Source: Ruminococcus sp. CAG:563 (GTDB lineage: Bacteria; Bacillota; Clostridia; Oscillospirales; Acutalibacteraceae). Taken from it: DNA of 64,000 nt. A program made the translations under genes and the position numbers. The notes beneath the pieces were generated by a model. It was not told where the DNA came from. It was given only the letters and a program-made list of their open reading frames with translations, and made no database searches. Where the stretch lies: the NCBI GenBank assembly GCA_000434915.1, contig FR882080.1:26377-90376 (forward strand). Reading direction: 5' to 3'. Shown one piece after another: positions 9,806 to 23,390 of the stretch; positions within the stretch are counted from its first letter, which is position 1, and every line of letters begins with the position of its first letter.

Positions 9806-9840
9806 GGCAGACTGCATGAATTTGCAGACTGCCTTTTTTA
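9806..9840 (+). terminator. Rho-independent terminator after trxA
   Basis: ggcag...ctgcc stem followed by tttttt. Confidence 0.6.
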
Positions 9841-9950
9841 TTCTATTAAAGAGTTTTTATCGTAGCTTTTCGTAAAAAATAAGTCCCCGAAAAACAATGA
9901 CGCTTAGCAATGCATTACAGAGTAATAACGGAGACTAATTATAAACAATT

Positions 9951-10592
9951 TTACAGCATCGAGCAGCCGAAGCTGTTGATAAGTGCATCAATACGCTCGC
10001 CCTTCTTGCAAAGCGGGCAGTCCATTGCGGAATGGCTCTCATACTCGGGCAAATCATGCGGATCGAAAACCGATACAACCGAAAAACCTTCGCACTCCTT
10101 CATCGTTGCAAAAATCGAAGCGATTCCCACAGGTGTACCCGAATAATAACGGATAGCTTCAAATGCGTTCTGAGCCGTGCTGCCGGTAACGACCGAAGCG
10201 GCCAAAATAAGAACCTGCTTGCCCTGAATCATCTGAACAATGTTGTCACGGAACATGAGCTGGTTGCTTGCCGTGTACTCGGGAGCGAGAATATTGATTG
10301 CTCTGTTTGCGTTGATGCTTGCAAGGTCATTCTTCGTCAGCTCGCTTGCAAGACATGTACCGATAACCTCTGTGCCGTCAAGGCAAAGAATTGTGTCGAT
10401 CTCCGTATGGAGCTTGTAGTTCGGTGCAACAGCTTTTGCAACTGCCTTAGCTTCGGAAAGACATGATTTCTGTGAGGTAATGTCTATATAATAATTCAAG
10501 TGGCTTCTTCCTGCCACAAAATGACCCTTATAGCCGCTGAGATAGAGGTTCGGGGTCTTTGTCTCAATTCTAAACTTTTCACTTAATGCCAT
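9951..10592 (-). CDS. Type I phosphoribosyltransferase-fold protein with an atypical PRPP loop
   Basis: 'VLILAASVVTGST' occupies the PRPP-binding loop position, but the usual acidic pair is replaced by Ala-Ser; C-terminal CPLC. Confidence 0.5.
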   Translation of the reverse strand: MALSEKFRIETKTPNLYLSGYKGHFVAGRSHLNYYIDITSQKSCLSEAKAVAKAVAPNYKLHTEIDTILCLDGTEVIGTCLASELTKNDLASINANRAINILAPEYTASNQLMFRDNIVQMIQGKQVLILAASVVTGSTAQNAFEAIRYYSGTPVGIASIFATMKECEGFSVVSVFDPHDLPEYESHSAMDCPLCKKGERIDALINSFGCSML

Positions 10593-10706
10593 AATGCTTC
10601 TCCTCTCTCTTGCAGCCGACTTTCCGGCTACTCATATGGTAATATCTATTTTATCATGCCGCAGAAATAAATGCAATAGCTTTTACGGCAGACAAATATA
10701 AAAATT

Positions 10707-11921
10707 TTATTTAATGCGCAATGTTGCGAGTCCGCCCTCGGCCGTTTCTCTGTATCGACCGGGGATATCCTTACCTGTCATTCTCATGACCTCGATAACC
10801 TCGTCAACCGAAATCTTCCTCGTGTCGCTCAAAAAGCTTGCAAGGCTGACGGCGTTTATAGCTCTCATAGCCGCAACGGCGTTACGCTCAATGCACGGGA
10901 TCTGAACAAGACCGCATATCGGGTCGCAGGTCAATCCGAGATGGTGCTCGATTGCAATTTCGGCAGCATACTCGATTTTATCAGTTTCAAGTCCAAACAG
11001 CTCGCCGAGTGCGGCCGAAGCCATTGCACACGCTGTTCCTATCTCCGCCTGACAGCCGCATTCGCTGCCCGAAATCGAAGCATTTGTCTTAATCAGATTG
11101 CCTATTATTCCGCCCGTTTCAAGAGCACGAATTATTTCAAGGTCTGTATATCCCCTTTTCATCTGCTGATAATAAAGCACCGACGGCATCACTCCGGCCG
11201 AGCCGCAGGTCGGGGCGGTTACGATGATCTCACCGTCCGCATTCTGCTCGCTGACCGCAAATGCATAAGCAGAAACAACACGGTTTTCCTTGGTCTGTGC
11301 GCTTTCGTCAATATGCTGGTGAGAGTAGAGCTTTTTCGCCTTTCTTTTAACGTTCAATCCGCCCGGAAGAACGCCTTCCGTTTCAAGGCCGATGTGAATA
11401 CTCAGCTTCATCTGATTCCAGATTTTCAGGAGGTAATCCCGTATCTCGATTCCCTCAACCTCTTCAACGTACTGCCAAAGCCTCATATGATTCTTTTTAC
11501 AATGCTCTGCAATCTCCGAAAAAGTGGACAAATCATAAATTTTCGGCGGATCAACGTTCTTATAGCCGACTATCTCGACCTTACCGCCTCCAACGCTGAG
11601 CACACGGATTCTTTTGATTTCAATGCCGTCCTTATATGCAATTAAATCCATCGTATTGGGGTGCGGAAGCTCAATTTCGTCATTGTTAAAAATAACATCG
11701 CACGGCGTCGGTTCAAAGGTGACCTTAATAACCTTGTCCGTACCGTGACCTACGCCTGTTTTAGAAAGCGAGCCGTAAAGAATCGCTTCAAATCTGTCGG
11801 CCTCGGGGTTGTGCTTTTGAAAAATTTTACAAGCCTTTTCCGGTCCCATAGTATGTGAACTCGACGGGCCTCTGCCGATTTTATAAAGTTCTTTGAGCGA
11901 TTCCATTTTTTTAACTTCCAT
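10707..11921 (-). CDS. sdaA: L-serine ammonia-lyase (Fe-S dependent), single chain
   Basis: 'GRGPSSSHTMGP' N-terminal signature of L-serine dehydratases; GGAGGGG RBS. Confidence 0.75.
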   Translation of the reverse strand: MEVKKMESLKELYKIGRGPSSSHTMGPEKACKIFQKHNPEADRFEAILYGSLSKTGVGHGTDKVIKVTFEPTPCDVIFNNDEIELPHPNTMDLIAYKDGIEIKRIRVLSVGGGKVEIVGYKNVDPPKIYDLSTFSEIAEHCKKNHMRLWQYVEEVEGIEIRDYLLKIWNQMKLSIHIGLETEGVLPGGLNVKRKAKKLYSHQHIDESAQTKENRVVSAYAFAVSEQNADGEIIVTAPTCGSAGVMPSVLYYQQMKRGYTDLEIIRALETGGIIGNLIKTNASISGSECGCQAEIGTACAMASAALGELFGLETDKIEYAAEIAIEHHLGLTCDPICGLVQIPCIERNAVAAMRAINAVSLASFLSDTRKISVDEVIEVMRMTGKDIPGRYRETAEGGLATLRIK

Positions 11922-12133
11922 AAAAGTACCCCTCCGTTTAATACTATACTATCATTTTGTCCAATTTTTTTCAATAGAAATACAGAGAAAAATAAAAATT
12001 TTCTAACGAATCGGCCAATATCGGTGCATGGCACGGATTTCTGTAATTTTGTAAAAATTATATATATATTACTTGTATAATCTATTTTAATATGGTATGA
12101 TAAACTGAATTTAATTATGGAGGAATATATCAT

Positions 12134-16920
<4,787 letters not shown>

Positions 16921-16927
16921 AAATCAT

Positions 16928-16970
16928 CACCCTTCGCAGTTCAATTTGCGGAGGGTGAATTCTTTTGTTA
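16928..16970. terminator. Bidirectional terminator between lacZ and the convergent membrane-protein gene
   Basis: cacccttcgca/tgcggagggtg 11-bp stem with a T-tract downstream. Confidence 0.6.
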
Positions 16971-16995
16971 TATTTTGTTTTACACAGACTTTCCG

Positions 16996-18195
16996 TCAAT
17001 CAAATGTGTTTTTATCAAACTGCTTTTTGAAATATTCATCAACAAGCTTTGAGATACTCTCAGCGTTTTCAGGAACATTCTCCGTGCTCCTCGAGCGATG
17101 ATATCTCCTGCCGTCGGTCCTCGGACGGTGCTCGGATTTTGTCTTGCTTTCCGAGTAATCCTTCAAAACTCCCTTTGAAAAATCCTTAGGCTCTCTGTCA
17201 AAGTCAAGAATCTCATTTTCTTTGATTCCGCCGAATTTTTTTGCCTGCTCAGTCTCATTCATCATCAAAAGGTAATTGTTTGAAGCCTTCTTTTCGTCAA
17301 GATTTGGCTCGGACTCGTTCATTGCCGAGAGAACATCATGGCGTGTTTTCATTTCCGTTTCATATTCGGCATTGATTCTGTCACGCCGATAATAGAACGG
17401 CACAAAAATCACACAGGTAATGAGCTGAATTACCAAGGATTTCACAAGCAGCCACTTATCCGGCAAGCGGTCGGGTGAGAGAAAGATGCATGTCATTATA
17501 AGCGTATTGACAAAATGGTCGGCAAGTGCCATCCAGACCGAGCCGTTGACCTTGTAATAATAGCCCCAGCGCATCGAGCTAACGAACACAGCCGCCGCAG
17601 AAGCCAAAACAGTTATAACGACATCGGAAATCGGCATGTTATCAAATCCGCCCTCGGCGAAAGCACCCAGCGCCGCCAAAAATGACAGCAGAGTAAAAAC
17701 AACCGCCTGAATATAATTCGATTTACGCTCACCGAATTTTTTACAAAGTTCACTGAGCATGAAGCCTCTGTAAAGCTCCTTGAAAAGCACATTGATAATC
17801 AATGCAAACTCATAAATCGCAAGCGACACAAGTGCTCCCCGCTCCGCCAGGTTCGGCGGAAGAACAGATATGCTTATATCGTTATAAAAGCCCTTTATCT
17901 TGAAATAAATCAGCTCGGCAGCATAGATGAGCACGATCGGTGCAAGCGAAAATCCGACGCCGTAGATCAGCTCAAAGTACCAGCCGAAGCGACCCAGGCA
18001 TCGTCTGCCTATGTGAAAATCCAACACCTTTGAAGCCGCAAGAACCATGATCAGGCTCAAGACTCTTGCAATAATCGTGTCGCCGAAAATCGTGTTGTCG
18101 CTTTTTATAAAGAAAACGTCAACGACCTGAACTGTAAAAATTACCGCCGTCAGCAAAAAAACAATCGGAATTTTTTTGTCTTTCAAATTTTTCAT
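16996..18195 (-). CDS. CPBP-like (CAAX protease family) polytopic membrane protein with a long basic C-terminal tail
   Basis: 'FKELYRGF' resembles CPBP motif 1 (EExxxR), with a later 'HFVN'. The last roughly 120 aa are charged and non-membrane. Confidence 0.35.
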   Translation of the reverse strand: MKNLKDKKIPIVFLLTAVIFTVQVVDVFFIKSDNTIFGDTIIARVLSLIMVLAASKVLDFHIGRRCLGRFGWYFELIYGVGFSLAPIVLIYAAELIYFKIKGFYNDISISVLPPNLAERGALVSLAIYEFALIINVLFKELYRGFMLSELCKKFGERKSNYIQAVVFTLLSFLAALGAFAEGGFDNMPISDVVITVLASAAAVFVSSMRWGYYYKVNGSVWMALADHFVNTLIMTCIFLSPDRLPDKWLLVKSLVIQLITCVIFVPFYYRRDRINAEYETEMKTRHDVLSAMNESEPNLDEKKASNNYLLMMNETEQAKKFGGIKENEILDFDREPKDFSKGVLKDYSESKTKSEHRPRTDGRRYHRSRSTENVPENAESISKLVDEYFKKQFDKNTFD

Positions 18196-18216
18196 AATCT
18201 TTTCCCGTTCCGTTTT

Positions 18217-20154
18217 TTATTTTATCTTGTCAATTTCCCTGAGCCAAATTGCATATGAAGCGTCACTCGGCATTCTCCAATCTCCTCTCGGCGAAAGGCA
18301 AACACTGCCTATCTTAACTCCGTCGGGCAGACAGCTTCTCTTAAACTGCTGAGTGAAAAATCTCTTGTAGAACACCTTGAGCCATTTGAGTACAGTTTCC
18401 CTGTCGAAATCCTCTTTAAACGCTTTCTCGGCGAGGAAGAAAATCTTCGACGGTGAAAAGCCGAATCGCAGAAGATGATAAAGGAAAAAATCATGCAGCG
18501 CATAAGGTCCGATTATCTCCTCTGTCTCCTGCCGAATGTTGCCGTCCTCATCGGGAGGAAGAAGCTCGGGGCTTATCGGCGTATCGATTATATCCTCAAG
18601 CACATGGGTGCTGTCGGGAAAAATATTATAGTCAATCAGTGCCGCTATCATCCAGCGCACAAGAGTTTTCGGCACGCCGCAGTTAACGCCGTACATGCTC
18701 ATATGGTCGGCATTGTATGTGCACCAGCCGAGTGCAAGCTCGCTGAGGTCGCCCGTTCCGACGACGAAGCCGCCGACCTTGCATGCGTAATCCATAAGAA
18801 CCTGAGTTCTCTCACGAGCCTGAATATTCTCATAGGTTACGTCGAATTGATCCGTCGGGTGGCCGATATCCCGGCAGTGAAGCGTGCAGGCCTCTTTGAT
18901 GTCGATCTCCATTGCGTGAACACCGAGAGTCTCCATAAGCTCCCATGCGTTTGAATGGGTGCGCTTCGTCGTGCCGAAGCAGGGAAGCGTTATCGCAATA
19001 ACGTCCGAGGGGTCACGTCCGAGCTGACGTGCGGTTTCGGCACATACGAGAAGTGCAAGCGTGGAATCCAGTCCTCCGGAAACGCCGAGAATCATTTTTC
19101 CGCCGACCTTCGCCGCTCTCTTTTTAAGTCCTGCAACCTGCATACGGAATATGTCCATGCAGCGCTCGATCCTGTCCTTCTTATCCGAGGGAACGAACGG
19201 AAGCTTTTTTACCTCATAGATTTCGCCGTTGCTTTCAAGCTGCGTTTCGACCTTGACATTAACATAATCCCTGCCCTCAAGATAAAGCGAGGCCGAATCG
19301 GCAAAGGTCTTGTTCTCTGCTCTGTCGGCTCTTATCTTGCCGAGGTCAACGTCATGCTTTATCGAATAGCCGCCGTCAATAAGGCTGTCATTTTGGGAAA
19401 GAACCGCTCCGTTTTCGCAGATAATCGAATGGCCGGAAAAGATGAGATCGGTCGTCGATTCGCTCATGCCCGCACTCGCATATGCATAGGCGCAAAGACT
19501 CCTTGCCGACTGCTGAGAAATAAGCTCGGTTCTGTATTTTCTTTTCATTATCGTTTCGTTGGAAGCTGAAAGATTGAGAATAATCTCCGCACCCGCAAGC
19601 GTCAGAAGCGTTGAGGGCGGAAGCGGCGCCCACAGATCCTCACAAATCTCAACACCGAGCTTCACACCGGAGCAATCAAAAACAAGGTTGTTGCCGACGG
19701 GAATTTCATAATCGCCGTCAAGCATAAGCTCGTCCGAACCGATAGAAGTGCACTTCAAATCAGCCGCCGAGGAAAACCAACGCTTTTCATAGTATTCATT
19801 ATATGTCGGAATAAAGGTCTTTACGGCAATGCCGTTCACTCTTCCGTGAGACATCACAACGGCGCAGTTATAAAGCTGACCGCCGATAATAACGGGGGCA
19901 CCGACTGCGACAACGGAATTGCTGTCCTTCGTCGTCCTGACTATCTCGGCAATGCCCCTCTTTGTGCCGTCGATCAGAGTTCTCTGAAAGAAAAGGTCGG
20001 CGCAGGTGTAGCCCGTAACGCAAAGCTCGGGGAACACGATAACATCGGCGTCCTTGTTGATGTCGATATATTTAATTATTTCCTGTGTGTTAAATTCCGT
20101 GTTGCCGACCTCAACCTCGGGAACGGCACACGCCAATCTGATAAAATCAAACAT
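18217..20154 (-). CDS. nadE: Glutamine-dependent NAD+ synthetase (nitrilase + NAD synthetase domains)
   Basis: N-terminal CN-hydrolase 'IRLACAVPEVEVGN' and the PP-loop 'GVSGGLDST'. The start is likely the internal M at 20154 (the track's ORF runs to 20217). Confidence 0.85.
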   Translation of the reverse strand: MFDFIRLACAVPEVEVGNTEFNTQEIIKYIDINKDADVIVFPELCVTGYTCADLFFQRTLIDGTKRGIAEIVRTTKDSNSVVAVGAPVIIGGQLYNCAVVMSHGRVNGIAVKTFIPTYNEYYEKRWFSSAADLKCTSIGSDELMLDGDYEIPVGNNLVFDCSGVKLGVEICEDLWAPLPPSTLLTLAGAEIILNLSASNETIMKRKYRTELISQQSARSLCAYAYASAGMSESTTDLIFSGHSIICENGAVLSQNDSLIDGGYSIKHDVDLGKIRADRAENKTFADSASLYLEGRDYVNVKVETQLESNGEIYEVKKLPFVPSDKKDRIERCMDIFRMQVAGLKKRAAKVGGKMILGVSGGLDSTLALLVCAETARQLGRDPSDVIAITLPCFGTTKRTHSNAWELMETLGVHAMEIDIKEACTLHCRDIGHPTDQFDVTYENIQARERTQVLMDYACKVGGFVVGTGDLSELALGWCTYNADHMSMYGVNCGVPKTLVRWMIAALIDYNIFPDSTHVLEDIIDTPISPELLPPDEDGNIRQETEEIIGPYALHDFFLYHLLRFGFSPSKIFFLAEKAFKEDFDRETVLKWLKVFYKRFFTQQFKRSCLPDGVKIGSVCLSPRGDWRMPSDASYAIWLREIDKIK

Positions 20155-20326
20155 GTTTATCACCTTACCGTATTTATACATTATTATTATAACATAAAAT
20201 TGCAAAGTGTCAAACATCTTGTTGCAAATGTTGCAACGCTTTTATTTTGACGATTTTTATTGAAATTTTTGTTTATATGTGGTAAATTATATGTAAAATT
20301 TACAATAAGCGGAGAGGATACAGAAA

Positions 20327-21814
20327 ATGCAAAAATATTTAAAAACAAAAGAGCTTCATTTCGGCTCAAAGACGCTCAAGCTGCCCTTAGAGGCTCTCTC
20401 TTACGGAATAGGCCTTTTCGGTATTGCCCTGCTCTCGGGCTGGGTTCCCGAATATGCAAAAACCTACTTTGCCGATTTTGCGTTCAAGAATCAGAATTTC
20501 AGCTCCGATGCTCTTGCAACGCTCATCTCGACCGTATTCCTCGTTGCCGGCTTTGTCGGAGCGGCGGCGGAAATAATAATCGGCTTTCTCGTTGACAAGA
20601 CTAAATCGAAAAGAGGCAAGATTCACCCGTGGCTTCTCTACGGCTGTGTTCCGCTCGGTATAATCTCAATGCTCGTTTTCGTTGCACCGAAAACGTCGAA
20701 TTTCGCCGTCGCAACAATATGGATGTTCGCAATTTACTGTGCATATGTAATGCTGCTCGTCTGCGTCGAAAGCCCCGGTAACTGCTTCGGAGCGGTCTGT
20801 ACGCCGAACCCCGATGAGAGAAGCGACGCAATTTCAATCGCCGGAATCATGCGCTCAATCGGCCAATCGGGCGGAATGGTCGTTCTCATCGTTGTCGGCC
20901 TTGTAATGAAGGCTATCATGGGCAAGGAGGGCTTCCAAGCCGCCGAAGGCAGAGGTCTCGACCTGCAGATTTCAACGGCCGTCTGCGTAATCGGCTTCAT
21001 CCTTTTCCTCGCAATTATGCTCAAGAACACAAGAGAGCGTGTCCCCTATACAACGGAAAAGGTCAACCTCGGTCAGAGCCTTAAATTTGTTTTCACCAAT
21101 AAAAATTTACTCATGGTATCGCTCGCCAAGCTCGCAGGCTTCGGTCGCGGAGTTTACGGTGCGGCAAGTCTTTATATTGCTATATATCTTCTCGGCGATA
21201 AAGGCCTCAAGCTTGCGCTTCTGCTCCCGATGGGAATCGGCACGGCGGTCAGCATGCTTGTTGTCAAGAAGCTCATCAAAACCATCGGCACGAAAAATAC
21301 TTTTATTGCCTGCAGTGCCTACGGTGCAGTATCATTCCTCCTGCTTTTCGGCGTTTCAATGATAATCGGCTTCAGAAAAGAACTTATTATCCCGTTCCTC
21401 ATCATCAATTTCCTTGTCGGACTTCAGAACGGAAACACCAACCTCACGCCGAACGTCATGATTGCCGACTGTGTTGATGAAATTGAATTGAAAACCGGCA
21501 AGCGTCAGGAAGGTCTCTGCTATGCCGGCTACGGTCTTTTCTCTAAGATTGCTTCGGCGTTCACAACCTCACTCGGTACATATCTCGTTTTCAAATGGTC
21601 GGGCTATCTCCCCTCAACAGACCCGTCGGTTGCCTATGCGGCTCAGAGCGACGGCACACTGACGAGATTCCTTATAATTTACACAATAATCCCGGCTTGC
21701 TTCGTTATTCTCCAGATCATCCCGATGCTTTTCTATGACCTCAACGCCAAGAAGAAGGAGCAAATTTCACTTGAACTTATCAAGCGCAGAGGAGTTGTTG
21801 AAATTGATGAATGA
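20327..21814 (+). CDS. MFS transporter, glycoside-pentoside-hexuronide (GPH) cation symporter family
   Basis: 12-TM profile with a MelB/GPH-like N-terminus. Confidence 0.7.
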   Translation: MQKYLKTKELHFGSKTLKLPLEALSYGIGLFGIALLSGWVPEYAKTYFADFAFKNQNFSSDALATLISTVFLVAGFVGAAAEIIIGFLVDKTKSKRGKIHPWLLYGCVPLGIISMLVFVAPKTSNFAVATIWMFAIYCAYVMLLVCVESPGNCFGAVCTPNPDERSDAISIAGIMRSIGQSGGMVVLIVVGLVMKAIMGKEGFQAAEGRGLDLQISTAVCVIGFILFLAIMLKNTRERVPYTTEKVNLGQSLKFVFTNKNLLMVSLAKLAGFGRGVYGAASLYIAIYLLGDKGLKLALLLPMGIGTAVSMLVVKKLIKTIGTKNTFIACSAYGAVSFLLLFGVSMIIGFRKELIIPFLIINFLVGLQNGNTNLTPNVMIADCVDEIELKTGKRQEGLCYAGYGLFSKIASAFTTSLGTYLVFKWSGYLPSTDPSVAYAAQSDGTLTRFLIIYTIIPACFVILQIIPMLFYDLNAKKKEQISLELIKRRGVVEIDE

Positions 21815-23390
21815 TACGGTCTTTGATTATCCGCTTGAATTAATTGTAATGACGGACGCTCACTACTATTCGCCGAAGCTCGGCATCGACACTCCGTCAT
21901 ACAGGAAATATGATTCGACCAACCAAAAGGCGGTAAAGGAAAGCCCTGTGATAATTTCCGCCGCATTCGCTCAAATAGCCAAAAGCGACTGTGAAAATGT
22001 CATTTTCTGCGGCGATGCGACCTGCGACGGCGACTACGACAGCCATGTTGAGTTTATCGAGCTGCTATATGCCTTGAAGAAGTGCGGCAAGCGTGTTTTT
22101 GCGATAACCTCAACGCATGACTATCAGGACGACGGAATGACAAACAGCTACACAGGCGACGTAAAAACAAAAATTCCGTCCGCCAAGCGTGATGAGCTTC
22201 TGAAAATGTACCACAGCTTCGGCCCAGACGAGGCGTTCTCGCAGTTCGAGATGTCCTACGCCGCCGAGCTTGACGAAAACTACATTCTTCTTGCCCTCAA
22301 TTCCGACAAAAACGGCAAGGGCAGAAGCGGCTATTCCGCAGAGCACAAGGCATGGATAGCCAAAATCGCAAATGCGGCCGGGCAATGCGGCAAGCGTGTG
22401 CTTGCATTTACTCACCACCCGATTCTTTCCCCCTCGCCCGCTTATTCGCTGATAGGCAAGAACGACATGATGGGTGAGCATGAAGAGATCAAAGACTTCC
22501 TCGCCGACCTCGGCATAGGTCTTGTTTTCACGGGTCATTCTCATGTGCATGATATTTCATTCGATTTTTCACCGAGCGGAAATATTTTCTATGACGTTTC
22601 GACCTCCGCCCTTGCCGGCTACCCCGGTCTTTACCGCACGGTACGAATCTGCGGCAGCAATGTTCACATCGAAAGCGTTGCGACGACAGAGAAGGTCAGC
22701 GGAATAGAAAATCTGCCCGATTATTTTGAGAATAAATTCATCGGCATGATTGACCGAACGCTCGATGCGGCGGCCTCGGACATTGACACCTTTGCCGCCT
22801 GCGTGGATACGATGAGCATTCATCCGAATGTTTCCTATCGAATCGGCTGGCTCGTCAAGCCCTTTGCACGGCTTATAAAAAAACTTAAACTGGGTGTTTT
22901 CGCAAAATGGGTAAAGAGTGAAACGCACGGTGCCGACCTTTCCTCGGCCGAGAATGAGAGTGTGTTCGGTTTAATTCGTCAGCTTGTTTTGCATCTGTAT
23001 TCGGGAAACGCACCCTACACGCCCGACACGGCAGAATACAAAATCGTGATAGGCTTTATCAATATTATCGACAGTGTGCTGAAGCTTCTTCATATTAAAA
23101 TCAAACTCGCCGACCTTGTGCGTCCCCTGCTTTACAACAGCGGAATCGACGACATCTCCGCCGACCTGCCCCTGAATGCCGACAAAAAGGCCGTCAATGC
23201 GATCTGCAACAACAAATATGAAGAAACGGTCTTTGAGAGTAAAAAAGGTCCTGCCGTGCTCACAATTCTAATTCTTGCAATCATTATTCTCCTGCCGCTT
23301 ATTCCGGTAATAGCCGTTGTGCTTTTGCTCGGCGCAGGAATCAATGAAATTATATTCCGCAAACAGATACGAGGTAAAAAATATGAGTAA
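21807..23390 (+). CDS. Calcineurin-like metallophosphoesterase with a C-terminal TM anchor
   Basis: 'LIVMTDAHY', 'GDATCDGD' and 'GHSHVHD' metallophosphatase motifs; 8-nt overlap with the transporter stop; hydrophobic tail 'VLTILILAIIILLPLIPVIAVVLLLGAGI'. Confidence 0.65.
   Translation: MNDTVFDYPLELIVMTDAHYYSPKLGIDTPSYRKYDSTNQKAVKESPVIISAAFAQIAKSDCENVIFCGDATCDGDYDSHVEFIELLYALKKCGKRVFAITSTHDYQDDGMTNSYTGDVKTKIPSAKRDELLKMYHSFGPDEAFSQFEMSYAAELDENYILLALNSDKNGKGRSGYSAEHKAWIAKIANAAGQCGKRVLAFTHHPILSPSPAYSLIGKNDMMGEHEEIKDFLADLGIGLVFTGHSHVHDISFDFSPSGNIFYDVSTSALAGYPGLYRTVRICGSNVHIESVATTEKVSGIENLPDYFENKFIGMIDRTLDAAASDIDTFAACVDTMSIHPNVSYRIGWLVKPFARLIKKLKLGVFAKWVKSETHGADLSSAENESVFGLIRQLVLHLYSGNAPYTPDTAEYKIVIGFINIIDSVLKLLHIKIKLADLVRPLLYNSGIDDISADLPLNADKKAVNAICNNKYEETVFESKKGPAVLTILILAIIILLPLIPVIAVVLLLGAGINEIIFRKQIRGKKYE

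Noticed and set aside
9803-9833. Direct repeat 'gcagactgc...gcagactgc' after trxA as a protein-binding site
   Set aside because: Each copy is itself palindromic and together they form the ggcag/ctgcc terminator stem. An ordinary terminator explains it adequately.
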